DNA from: an uncultured cyanobacterium
GTDB taxonomy: Bacteria; Cyanobacteriota; Cyanobacteriia; Cyanobacteriales; CAWCAG01
Assembly (NCBI GenBank): GCA_963793425.1
Contig: CAWCAG010000005.1
Location: forward strand, 1,344,001 to 1,408,000
Reading direction: 5' to 3'
DNA: 64,000 nt
Shown: positions 21,924-31,822 of the stretch, in pieces
Numbering within the stretch: position 1 is the first letter of the stretch
Layout: each line of letters opens with the position of its first letter
Program-made: the position numbers and the translations under genes
Notes under the pieces: model-generated
Database searches by the model: none
Told to the model about the DNA's origin: nothing
Seen by the model: the letters and a program-made list of their open reading frames with translations, nothing else

Positions 21924-23492
21924 TTAAAAGGAATAATGGAGGAGAAAATGAACTTTCACTTCTCCTGCTTGGCTAAAGGAACTGCCGTTTAAAACATAAC
22001 CGAGATCCACAGCACTAAATAAACGACGTTCATAATGCCAACGCCAGCCTAATCCGGTTGACCAAATAGTATCTCCTTTCACTTCACCTGGTTGAGAGTT
22101 TTCCCGACTGTACGCACCAAAATCGGTGAAAACCAGAAAACGGTGATTCTCCCAGAAATTAGGGCTATAAAGTTCGATTGTCCCCCGTAAACCATTATCT
22201 CCGCTAACTTCTCGCTCTTGCAAACCACGAATAGAGTACCTGCCCCCTAATCCCAACTGTTCCCCTGATATTAAAGGTTCCCCGGCATATTGACCTTCTC
22301 CTTGTAGCTTTAGTTGCCAGCCACTCTCCCAGCTATACTGATAAACGCCATTAACCAACCAAATATCCCAGTCTGAATCTGCCCCAACTCGACTCAGGTT
22401 ATAGGTTGAGTTGTCGTTTAAGTCGAATACCCCAGGAAGGTTATGTAAATAACTAACTCCCACCCTTAAATTCTCTTTTTCACCCTGAAAACTATATTTG
22501 TAGCCAACCTGGGCAGGAAAAGCGGCGACATCAACCCCAAAGTTAGTACCAATAAAATTAATCTCGTTGTTAAAGAAGCGATAATTTAAACCCAATTCCA
22601 AGCTATGTTGTTCTTGGCTACTGCGGTAAAGATTATGTAGCCAATTAATTCCTGTAGCAAAACCCTGTCCAGAAACATCAAAAAGATTAGCAATTCTCCC
22701 ACTATCTACATCAGAGTAGCTGGCTGTAAAACTGATGGTATCTCCCCAAGTAGGAATAGGTGCTTGGTAGAATAAACCTATTTGAGTAACTTGCTCAATT
22801 TTTTCTGGGGATAGGCTTAAACTCAAAGCCGCGAGATGACCTTGGTTAAATAAGTTATGATTCTGGCTAACTAAGCTGAGGCGGGTATTACCAGTTGCTG
22901 CCGTGCCGCTATTATCTAAAGTAGCTTGCCAATATTGGGGGTTGCGATCTGTAACCTGAATCTCTACTTTCGCTGCTTTCTGCTCTAACTCAGCAGGGAA
23001 GATATTTAAAGTTAGCTGCCGCGAGGGGTTATCATTAGCGAGGAAAAGCTGTTGGGCTAGAACCTCAAAATCAACAAGGCTATCCTCTCGTAACTCTGGC
23101 AAAGCGGCACGAATATTAGCTTTATTGAAGTGTTGGTTGCCTGTTACAGAAATTTCTGTGATGGGAATTTCTCTGGGGGCTACAGGCGTTTCTTGAATCT
23201 CAACTTGAAAAATACCATCACCATCAGCATCTTCAGGTAAGCTAATTTGTACAGAGTGATAACCTGCTTCTCTGTAGGCTTCTAGTAAAGCAGCTTGAAC
23301 GGCTTCTAAATCCTCTCCGCTGTTAAATACTTTAATTCGTTTCTGTAACTCTTCATTTGTCAGTAAAGCATTGCCTCTGAAGACGAAGCCTTGAATGTCT
23401 TGCTCAGGAAAAGTTTGAGCAACTAAGGGGGAACTTCCTATACAAATTAATAATAAACAACAAAAAAGCGATTCCATGAAAAAAAAGAGCAA
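21924..23492 (-). CDS. ShlB/FhaC/HecB family (TpsB) outer-membrane secretion protein
   Basis: POTRA-like region, LDNSGT, LGGRYSIRG loop-6 motif and a C-terminal Phe. Confidence 0.88.
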   Translation of the reverse strand: MLFFFMESLFCCLLLICIGSSPLVAQTFPEQDIQGFVFRGNALLTNEELQKRIKVFNSGEDLEAVQAALLEAYREAGYHSVQISLPEDADGDGIFQVEIQETPVAPREIPITEISVTGNQHFNKANIRAALPELREDSLVDFEVLAQQLFLANDNPSRQLTLNIFPAELEQKAAKVEIQVTDRNPQYWQATLDNSGTAATGNTRLSLVSQNHNLFNQGHLAALSLSLSPEKIEQVTQIGLFYQAPIPTWGDTISFTASYSDVDSGRIANLFDVSGQGFATGINWLHNLYRSSQEQHSLELGLNYRFFNNEINFIGTNFGVDVAAFPAQVGYKYSFQGEKENLRVGVSYLHNLPGVFDLNDNSTYNLSRVGADSDWDIWLVNGVYQYSWESGWQLKLQGEGQYAGEPLISGEQLGLGGRYSIRGLQEREVSGDNGLRGTIELYSPNFWENHRFLVFTDFGAYSRENSQPGEVKGDTIWSTGLGWRWHYERRLFSAVDLGYVLNGSSFSQAGEVKVHFLLHYSF

Positions 23493-24055
23493 AAGTAACC
23501 TTTAAAAAAAGATTTTAAGACACAACGCTCGAAGATTACATAAAATAAATAGGGTATGCTTGTTCACTCGACCTGCTAAGGATTTTAATCCTTAGCTCAC
23601 AGCTTAAGATAACTTAAGCTGACTCCCAATCATTCATATCTGTCAATTTTAAACTGGGTTTATTGTAACTGGATTTCGTGTGAAATTATAGTTGCCTAAT
23701 TTGCTGTTAATCAGCCATAACGCTCAAATTAAACAGGAAAAGCGGGCAAAATTGCTGGAATTTGTTTGATATCCTGCACAACTATGGCCTTAATTATCTG
23801 CCCTCTGGTGCGGTAAAATAATAAATCCTAATGAAAGTCCTTAGTTATCTTGATTTAACTAGTCTCTGAGCAAAATTCATTATTGGAGTGCAGCAGTCTT
23901 AGTAAAAAACCCTTTGCTCCTTGGTTTTGACTCATTAGGACAAACTTTTAAACCTTGGCTTACAAATAGAAAATACTAGATAAGTAACATATCTTAATCT
24001 TCCTAACCCGGCTGACGATCCTTTAAAATATTTTCCCTATATTGGTACTTTTAAA

Positions 24056-24397
24056 ATGAAACTTCGGATTATTGAATGCTTTGATAGCAGTTTTACCATT
24101 GAACCACAATCACAAAAAGAACTTTTCCAACTTTTAAAAAACAAAGATTTCTTACAACAGATTAGCCAAGAAATTGATGGGCAGGCTGTGGAATTCACAG
24201 AATTACTTTTCCAGCCAGTTCCCTACAGTAAACAAACCCCCAAAGGAATGCCCCCAGAATTTGAAAAGTACCATGATTCTCCTGACTACGCCATCATCAA
24301 TGTCCCCCCTAACTTCATGTTTAAAGCGAAAGTTTATAAGCCTAGTCGTCTCTGCGCTGTTTATCGCCAAACTAACTTAAATAAAAGCTTTAATTAA
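24056..24397 (+). CDS. Hypothetical protein
   Basis: 113-aa ATG ORF, co-oriented with the next gene. Confidence 0.7.
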   Translation: MKLRIIECFDSSFTIEPQSQKELFQLLKNKDFLQQISQEIDGQAVEFTELLFQPVPYSKQTPKGMPPEFEKYHDSPDYAIINVPPNFMFKAKVYKPSRLCAVYRQTNLNKSFN

Positions 24398-24435
24398 AAT
24401 CAAGTTCTGCATTCTCTGTTCTTTAGCTCAATACC

Positions 24436-24975
24436 ATGCCTTCTCAAACAGATATACCTTCCCTGGACACCTTAAAATATTATCCTTATCTTAATGATAA
24501 GGGTTATATCCCTGAAGAGTTCCAGGGGAAAATCGGCGTATATGCAATATTTGATAGTGAGAAAATTCTTCAATTTGTCGGCTATTCTCGTGATATTTAT
24601 TTAAGCTTAAAACAACATTTAGTTCGCTGTCCTCAACAATGTCATTGGTTAAAAGTAGAAACAATTAATCGTCCTAGCCGCACTATTTTAGAAGAGATAA
24701 AACAAGCTTGGCTACAAAGTAATCAGGCTATTCCTGTTGGTAATAGTTCAGAAGAGGATAAGTGGCAGAAACCCCTTGATATTAAACCTCTGATGAGTGA
24801 AGAAGAAAAACAACAGTACGGCAAACTAGAAGAATTTGCTCAAACCAAGTTGCTCAAAAAAATCGCCCGGCGTTTTGAGGCAGATATTCTCCAAGAAATT
24901 GCAGCTAGGGGAGTAAAGATGGAATTACGTTTTAACCCTAAACTTAAAGAACAAGGTTTGTTGGATTTAAAATAA
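24436..24975 (+). CDS. GIY-YIG-like domain protein
   Basis: GVYAIF...FVGYSRDI motif. Confidence 0.75.
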   Translation: MPSQTDIPSLDTLKYYPYLNDKGYIPEEFQGKIGVYAIFDSEKILQFVGYSRDIYLSLKQHLVRCPQQCHWLKVETINRPSRTILEEIKQAWLQSNQAIPVGNSSEEDKWQKPLDIKPLMSEEEKQQYGKLEEFAQTKLLKKIARRFEADILQEIAARGVKMELRFNPKLKEQGLLDLK

Positions 24976-24979
24976 GCGA

Positions 24980-25040
24980 TAAGCTGTCAGGTATTTAGAT
25001 TGTATTGCGAGGGTAGGGGACACCGGAGCAGTAAAGACAT
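24980..25040 (+). repeat. Third copy of the MITE-like end
   Basis: TAAGCTGTCAGGTATTTAGATTG, 20/23 identical to the reverse complement of 19498-19520. Confidence 0.55.
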
Positions 25041-25091
25041 CGGCTGTAGTATTCTAGCTCTTGAGGTAATTACAATGGAGCAGATTAACTA

Positions 25092-25919
25092 ATGCCAGAA
25101 GTACAGCAAGGTCATACTTTCGAGGAAGATGAGATTTCCCTCATAGATATTCTTCGCTTTTTCAAAGACAACTGGCTTTTCTTAGCAGTAACTACATTAG
25201 GGCTGTCTACTCTAGCTACAACCATATCTCTATTGCAACCCAAAGAATATCAGAAAAAGTTAACTCTACAAATCCAACCCAATCCTGTCGCTATTGCCTC
25301 ACTTACCCAACTAGATATTAATCAAGCAGGTCAACTCGCTACCACCCTGTTACAAAACCAGAAGCTAGATCAGGTAAGTTTAAAGCCACAGTATGATACT
25401 GTAACCCAACAGATTAACGTTACCTTAGAATCAGCCAACTCCCAAGCTCTCGACAATATTAGTGAAAAGCTCACTAGTGAATTAGAAACTAGCTTTCAAC
25501 CAGAAATTCAAAACGACATTGAACAAAGCTTAGATTCTGTAGAACTACAACTAAATAAAAATCAGCAGATACTAGAACAAATAGAAAGACAAATTACTCA
25601 ATCTTCGCCAGAGGATACAGCAAAACTAGAAGCATTGGAAACACAAAGGGCTAGTATAATCGTCTCCAATACTGCTCTGGAGTTTGATCAGCAATACCTA
25701 AAAGAAATAGAAGATAATCTAACTGAGTTCACTAAAAAAGTCCTTTCTATACAGATAATATCTCAGTCTGAAGCTGAGCAAACTAGTTCTCTTTTGCAAG
25801 TTGCTATTCTAGCAGTAATTGCTAGCTTTATGGTAGCTATACTTGCTGCTATTATTCGTAACCAAATCCCTTACATCAGAGCAGAATTAGCTCAACAAGA
25901 AATAAAGACTAAAAATTGA
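25092..25919 (+). CDS. Wzz-like polysaccharide co-polymerase
   Basis: EDEISLIDILRFF N-terminus, two TMs flanking a coiled-coil periplasmic region. Confidence 0.75.
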   Translation: MPEVQQGHTFEEDEISLIDILRFFKDNWLFLAVTTLGLSTLATTISLLQPKEYQKKLTLQIQPNPVAIASLTQLDINQAGQLATTLLQNQKLDQVSLKPQYDTVTQQINVTLESANSQALDNISEKLTSELETSFQPEIQNDIEQSLDSVELQLNKNQQILEQIERQITQSSPEDTAKLEALETQRASIIVSNTALEFDQQYLKEIEDNLTEFTKKVLSIQIISQSEAEQTSSLLQVAILAVIASFMVAILAAIIRNQIPYIRAELAQQEIKTKN

Positions 25920-26185
25920 ACAACAGCACCGCTAATCTTGAGTTCGATTACTAGTTTGCTCATCGCTTTAATTCGCCAACAACTTACCCATTGGCAGAAA
26001 AATAACCTACTTCAGGAACATAAAAGTAGCATCAGTACTCTGTAGCCTTAGCTGAGTTAGTAAAAAAAATCTATCTTTCGGACTATAAAGATTGTAAAAT
26101 GATGGGCCACGGGTAACATATCCCTGACCCAGTACTTAAATATTGCGACTGTGCTATTGTTGCTTGTGGTGTGTGAGGACTAGAT

Positions 26186-28108
26186 ATGCATAAGAAGGGC
26201 ATTCCCTTTCCTTCCTGGTATCGACTGGGGCAACTCGCTTTGGATGGATTTGTAGCTTGGAGTGCTGCCAGTATTGCTTTTCTGATTCGCTTTGAAGGCA
26301 ATATCCCCCCCAATGTTGAAAACCTCTTTTGGCTATTACCGCTCTTAGCCATTCCGGGGCGATTGATTATTCAAATTACCTTTGGTTTGTATAAACAGGT
26401 TTGGCGACTATTTGGTTTCAAGGATGCGACGACTCTATGTCAAGCAATTTCCTTTTACTCTTTACTTATCCTTGTTCTCAACCGCTTAGTTGCTCCTCGC
26501 TTAGTTTTCTTGCCGAACCCTTTGGCCGAATCAATGCCTTTAGGAGTAGCAGTAATGGACTGGTGTTTCTGCCTGATGGGTATGATGGCTCTACGTTACA
26601 CTCGCCGTCGTCTTTGCCAATCAAGTCAGGGAGTCAAGAATTTATCAAAGCAGAAAAAGCAAAGAATTGTTCTCGTAGGAGCAGGAAGAAGTGGCTCTCA
26701 AATTGTTCAGGAAGTACGTCATAATTGCCAGCTTAACTGGGAAATTGTCGGTTTTATTGATGATGATCAGACTAAGATTGGTAGAAAGGTAGAAGGAATC
26801 CCTGTCTTAGGTAATACTTCTCAATTAGTAGCTATTGCTAACAAAGTTAGAGCTAAAGAAATTATTATTTCTATGCCTTCTGCCAAAGCAGAGAAGATTC
26901 GCCAAATTTTTGAGCTTGTTCGAGAAACTGAGCTAGATTTAAAAGTCCTTCCCAGTCCAACAGAAATAATCAGCGATCGCTACTTAACTCCTCAAGCGAG
27001 AGAAATTCAGATTCAAGATATTCTCGGTAGACCAGAGGTTCATTTAGATTTTTCTGAGGACTTTGATTGTCAATTTCTCTCAGCTAGCCAGCAAGTCTAT
27101 CAACGTAATGTCTTAGTAACAGGGGCAGGGGGAACAATTGGTTCAGAAATATGTCGGCAGTTAGCTCGTTTACAACCCAAAACCTTACTTCTTTTGGGTA
27201 GAGGGGAAAATAGTATTTTCAGCATTGAGCAAGAATTACGTCGAGACTTTCCCGATATATCGATTATTGCTCTCATCGCTGATATTCGTCACCAAAGTCG
27301 CATTGGGAAAATATTCCAAACTTGGCAACCCGACATTGTTTTTCATGCAGCAGCCCATAAACACGTTCCCCTTATGGAACACAACCCTACCGAGGCCCTC
27401 GAAAACAATGCTCTAGCTTCTGCTAATTTGGCCCAACTAGCTAATCAGCAAGGGGTCAAAACTTTTGTCCTCATCTCCACAGATAAGGCAGTAGACCCTG
27501 CTAACTTTATGGGTTTAAGCAAACGTTTAGCAGAACTCATGGTTAAAGCAACTGCCCATCAGAGCAATACTCGCTTTTTGGCTGTTCGTTTTGGTAATGT
27601 TTTAGGTAGTCGTGGTAGCGTTGTACCTATTTTCAGGGGGCAAATTGCTAGAGGTGGCCCTGTAACAGTCACAGACCGCTCCATGACCCGTTATTTTATG
27701 ACTACTCCTGAAGCTTCTCAACTAGTGATTCAAAGTCTTGCTGTAGGGAAATCTGGTCAAACCTTGATTTTGGATATGGGTAAACCAGTCAATATCTTTG
27801 ATTTAGCTGAACAAATGATTTACTTAGCAGGTTTTACCCCAGAAACTGACATTCCGATTAAAGTTACTGGTTTACGTCCAGGAGAAAAACTTCATGAGTC
27901 TTTGGTGGGGGCTAAGGAAAAGGTTGTATCTACACCCCATCCCAAAATCATGGCTGTTTCTGGTTGTTTACCATCTAGGGAAGCTTTACCTAGTGCGATC
28001 GCTTCTCTTACTGAAGCTACTTTTTGTGATTCACCTCCTAAGCAATTGTGGCAAGTATCTCAGCAATGTATTGAAAGGTTAGCATCATCTTTAGTAGTCA
28101 AGGTTTAA
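26186..28108 (+). CDS. Membrane-bound UDP-GlcNAc 4,6-dehydratase (WbpM/PglF/CapD family)
   Basis: N-terminal TMs, GAGGTIGSE, HAAAHKHVP, ISTDKAV, VRFGNVLGSRGSV and GLRPGEKLHE motifs. Confidence 0.93.
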   Translation: MHKKGIPFPSWYRLGQLALDGFVAWSAASIAFLIRFEGNIPPNVENLFWLLPLLAIPGRLIIQITFGLYKQVWRLFGFKDATTLCQAISFYSLLILVLNRLVAPRLVFLPNPLAESMPLGVAVMDWCFCLMGMMALRYTRRRLCQSSQGVKNLSKQKKQRIVLVGAGRSGSQIVQEVRHNCQLNWEIVGFIDDDQTKIGRKVEGIPVLGNTSQLVAIANKVRAKEIIISMPSAKAEKIRQIFELVRETELDLKVLPSPTEIISDRYLTPQAREIQIQDILGRPEVHLDFSEDFDCQFLSASQQVYQRNVLVTGAGGTIGSEICRQLARLQPKTLLLLGRGENSIFSIEQELRRDFPDISIIALIADIRHQSRIGKIFQTWQPDIVFHAAAHKHVPLMEHNPTEALENNALASANLAQLANQQGVKTFVLISTDKAVDPANFMGLSKRLAELMVKATAHQSNTRFLAVRFGNVLGSRGSVVPIFRGQIARGGPVTVTDRSMTRYFMTTPEASQLVIQSLAVGKSGQTLILDMGKPVNIFDLAEQMIYLAGFTPETDIPIKVTGLRPGEKLHESLVGAKEKVVSTPHPKIMAVSGCLPSREALPSAIASLTEATFCDSPPKQLWQVSQQCIERLASSLVVKV

Positions 28109-28119
28109 TTAAAAATATT

Positions 28120-28701
28120 ATGATAGCTAGCCAATCTCAAAATCCCCTTTCCCCAGAAGATTACTTAGAATCAGAAAAATCAAGCCCAATTAAACATGAA
28201 TATATTCAGGGGCAAATCTACGCTATAAGTGGGGCAAGTGATGCTCATGTTACTATCACTGCGAATTTAGTTACCCTTTTAAGAAACCATCTCCGTGGCA
28301 GTGGCTACAAAGTTTACCCCACAGATATGAAAGTCAACATCGAATCCCTCAATGTCTTTTACTACCCTGATTTGATGGTAACTTGTGAGCCAAAAGATAC
28401 AAGCTTTGACTATTTCAAACGCCATCCCTCCCTAATTATTGAGATACTTTCTCCCTCTACAGAAGCCTTTGACCGAGGAGATAAATTTGCCAACTATCGG
28501 GAATTAGAGTCTTTACAAGAGTATGTTCTTGTTAACCAAACTCGCCCTTCGGTAGAATGTTTTCGTCTCAATTCTAAAGGACTTTGGGTACTGCATACTT
28601 ACAGGGAAAACCAAAAATTGCGGCTAGATAGTATAGACTTTTCTTGTTCTATGGCCGCTTTGTATGAAGATGTTATTTTCTCAGAAACTCACTCCTCGTA
28701 G
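28120..28701 (+). CDS. Uma2 family endonuclease-like protein
   Basis: KHEYIQGQIYA, YYPDLMVTC and EILSPSTEAFDRGDKF motifs. Confidence 0.92.
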   Translation: MIASQSQNPLSPEDYLESEKSSPIKHEYIQGQIYAISGASDAHVTITANLVTLLRNHLRGSGYKVYPTDMKVNIESLNVFYYPDLMVTCEPKDTSFDYFKRHPSLIIEILSPSTEAFDRGDKFANYRELESLQEYVLVNQTRPSVECFRLNSKGLWVLHTYRENQKLRLDSIDFSCSMAALYEDVIFSETHSS

Positions 28702-28975
28702 TATCCAGTTGACTGGTATTTGACGATTCAATTCAAGTAGACGAAGCTAAATCTGAGGCGGATAGTTCCAATTATTGAGCGTAGATAGTTCTAGGTTAAA
28801 CTTTTCTATCACTTATAGTCATTTTAAATAAGGATGAAACACTTTTTCGTTCAAACGCTCTTTCAAAGAGAGAAAATCTTGTCTCAATCTAAATTGAAAT
28901 GACTATATCTTACAGAAACTGGAAAAAACATTACACAATTATGGTGTCTAAAACTAATTTCCTCCCTGACAAAAT

Positions 28976-30370
28976 ATGATGCGACTAATTTCAAATAGGA
29001 TAAATCCTTGGAGTTTGATAGCATTTGGAACTCTTTTACTTCCTGTAAGCCCATATATTTGTTTAACTCTTTATACAATTGCGGCATTAGGTGCGATTCC
29101 CTATTGGCAGAAAGCTCTTTTCAGTGAAGAAAAAATCATCATTAGCTTGCTTTTTGGTTTAGTGTCTGTCTGGATGCTCTTAAGAATTTACTCCCCTTGG
29201 GGATGGGGATTACAATCTATCCAAGAGCCAATGCTTTATCCAGCTACTGTAATAGATTATGTTCCTTTTTTTTTATTTTTCTGTGTAATAACTTTACGTC
29301 CCCCTTCATATTTAGAACTAGAAAAACTAGCTTGGTGTTTATTGTTTACAGTATTACCTGAGTTTGTATTAGCAGCCCTTGGAAAATATGCAAAACTACA
29401 AGGAGAGAACTTTCTACGTGACAACACGAATATAATAGGTAATTATTTTACATTTCCTGGACAAAATTTACCATTAATTCATATCCCTATTACAGATTTA
29501 AAACAACTCGATTATGCTCGTATTTCTTCTGGCTTCCTTAATCCCAATATATTAGGATGTTACTGCCTTTTTGTCCTCAGTGTTGCTATTGGTTTATTTA
29601 TTAAAGAATTGAGATATTTATTGAGAGATAATTCAAAATCAGTTCAAACTAGACAACGAATTGAAATTGCTTTGAGATTAACTGTAGTTGCTCTCAGTAT
29701 ATTAGCAATTATGCTCATGATTATTTGGTCACAATCGAGAAACACTTTGCTGACCTGTGGAATTGGTATTGTAATTGTGTTTATATATCTACGACCAGCT
29801 ATCAAAGCTACCCTATTCGTTACATCTGGGTTATCTGCTTTGATTTACATAGCGTACTTATTTATTTACAGCACTCCCAATTTTTGGTTGAGTCAAGTTG
29901 TAACCACATTTTTTACAATTAATATCTGGAATCGTCTGTCTAATATTTTAAACCAGAGTGTTCGAGTACAAATTTTCCAATGTGCAATAGACCTAATTGG
30001 TGAAAAACCCATACTGGGATGGAAAATTGGCACTTTTGCTGTTGAATGCGAAGAACGTATGGGTCGGTTCGTGAATCATGCTCACAATATATTCCTACAA
30101 CTAGCTTGCGATATTGGCATACCATTCACATTAATATTATGTGGAGTAATGACTTATTTAACTGTTATAACCATACACAAATTGAGGACACATACTAACC
30201 TTGCACAAAGAGATATCCTATTCGGTTTTGCCTTGGCATATTGGCTGGCGGTTATTTTATCTATTGCGTCAATTGCGATGATTCAATCTTATAGACTCAT
30301 ATTCTTATTTTGGATTTGTCTGTCAATATCTTATTCTGGAATTAGTTCAGATAAGAATATAAAAGTATGA
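28976..30370 (+). CDS. O-antigen ligase / Wzy-like membrane protein
   Basis: Multi-TM protein with RISSGFLNPN, SQSR, KPILGW and HAHNIFLQ motifs. Confidence 0.85.
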   Translation: MMRLISNRINPWSLIAFGTLLLPVSPYICLTLYTIAALGAIPYWQKALFSEEKIIISLLFGLVSVWMLLRIYSPWGWGLQSIQEPMLYPATVIDYVPFFLFFCVITLRPPSYLELEKLAWCLLFTVLPEFVLAALGKYAKLQGENFLRDNTNIIGNYFTFPGQNLPLIHIPITDLKQLDYARISSGFLNPNILGCYCLFVLSVAIGLFIKELRYLLRDNSKSVQTRQRIEIALRLTVVALSILAIMLMIIWSQSRNTLLTCGIGIVIVFIYLRPAIKATLFVTSGLSALIYIAYLFIYSTPNFWLSQVVTTFFTINIWNRLSNILNQSVRVQIFQCAIDLIGEKPILGWKIGTFAVECEERMGRFVNHAHNIFLQLACDIGIPFTLILCGVMTYLTVITIHKLRTHTNLAQRDILFGFALAYWLAVILSIASIAMIQSYRLIFLFWICLSISYSGISSDKNIKV

Positions 30371-30429
30371 GTTTTGGATAATACTTGAAAGCTAGAATTA
30401 ACTATTAAATTTGCAGTTGATTGATCTTA

Positions 30430-31806
30430 ATGAGTGAAATTGCTATTTCTCTAAAAAATGTTTCTAAATGCTTCAAACGTTATGGCCGCCCAATAGATCG
30501 CCTTAAGGAACTACTCTTGCCAGGAAAAAGTAGAGCAGAGTTTTTTTGGGCATTGCAAGATATTAACCTCACACTCCCAAGAGGAGAAACATTAGGAATT
30601 GTTGGTAAGAATGGTTCGGGAAAAAGTACCCTATTGCAAATAATAGCTGGAACTCTCACACCAACTACCGGAAAAGTAGAAGTTAATGGCAGGGTTTCAG
30701 CTTTATTAGAACTTGGTAGTGGCTTTAATCCAGAATTTACCGGACGGCAAAATGTTTTCTTCAACGGACGTTTATTGGGTTTAAGTCAGGGTGAGATTGA
30801 AAATAAGTTTGATAATATTGCTCGTTTTGCTGATATAGGAGATTTTATTGAGCAACCAGTTAAAACCTATTCTAGTGGTATGTTTGTCAGGCTAGCATTT
30901 GCTGTAGCTATCAATGTTGAGCCAGATATTTTGGTAGTAGATGAAGCCTTAGCGGTTGGAGATGAAGCTTTTCAACGTAAATGCTTTGCCCAAATTCAAT
31001 TAATTAAAGAACGGGGAGGAACGATTCTTTTTGTCTCCCATTCTGCGGCTTTAGTTGTGGAACTATGTAAACAAGCTATCTTGCTAGATAGAGGAAAGTT
31101 ACTTCTTGCCGGAGCGCCGAAACAAGTAGTCTCAAAGTATCAAAAACTAATCTATGCACCTAACAATCGCATAGAAGCAATATATCAAGAAATTAGCGAC
31201 CTTGACGATCAGATTGCTAACACCCTAGACCCTAGTTCGTCAGATTTGATAGAGCAAGAGACTAGAAAGAAACAGCAGCAAATCCCTAGTCGAAGTAATG
31301 ATCTCTACGATCCAGGTTTAATACCCCAGAGTACTTCTTCCTACGTTAATCATGGTGCTGAGATAGAAAATCCTCATCTAGTTAATCAAGCAGAGGAAAC
31401 TGTTAACGTTTTAACTAGGGGTGATGAATATATTTATACTTATACAGTTCAATTTAGCCAAACTGCTTACCAAGTTAGGTTTGGCATGATGATTAAAACA
31501 GTTAGCGGTTTGGAACTTGGTGGTGGAGTTTCCCATACTCTAGGAAATGCCTTGACTGTGGTAGAAAAAGATAGTATTTTGCAAGTTCGGTTTAAATTCA
31601 ACTGCTACTTACAACCAAATATGTACTTTCTCAATGCTGGAGTAACAGGAATTATCGATGGTGCAGAAACTTTCCTCGCCCGCTATCTTGATATAGCTAT
31701 GTTTAGGGTGCAATTAGAAGAGGATATCTTGGAAACTGGGATAATTAATTTTCAGGTAGAACCAAGTGTGTTACAGGTGCAGCCCCAAATTATTGGTAAG
31801 AATTAG
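30430..31806 (+). CDS. wzt: Polysaccharide ABC exporter ATP-binding subunit with C-terminal Wzt-C domain
   Basis: GKNGSGKST, YSSGM..RLAFA and DEALAVGD motifs, plus a long C-terminal extension typical of a carbohydrate-binding module. Confidence 0.93.
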   Translation: MSEIAISLKNVSKCFKRYGRPIDRLKELLLPGKSRAEFFWALQDINLTLPRGETLGIVGKNGSGKSTLLQIIAGTLTPTTGKVEVNGRVSALLELGSGFNPEFTGRQNVFFNGRLLGLSQGEIENKFDNIARFADIGDFIEQPVKTYSSGMFVRLAFAVAINVEPDILVVDEALAVGDEAFQRKCFAQIQLIKERGGTILFVSHSAALVVELCKQAILLDRGKLLLAGAPKQVVSKYQKLIYAPNNRIEAIYQEISDLDDQIANTLDPSSSDLIEQETRKKQQQIPSRSNDLYDPGLIPQSTSSYVNHGAEIENPHLVNQAEETVNVLTRGDEYIYTYTVQFSQTAYQVRFGMMIKTVSGLELGGGVSHTLGNALTVVEKDSILQVRFKFNCYLQPNMYFLNAGVTGIIDGAETFLARYLDIAMFRVQLEEDILETGIINFQVEPSVLQVQPQIIGKN

Positions 31807-31822
31807 GATTTTTGAAGTTTAG

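Noticed and set aside
23479..23486. A8 tract at the TpsB 5' end as a phase-variation switch
   Set aside because: An ATG at 23477 lies downstream of the tract, and such runs are common in this AT-rich DNA.
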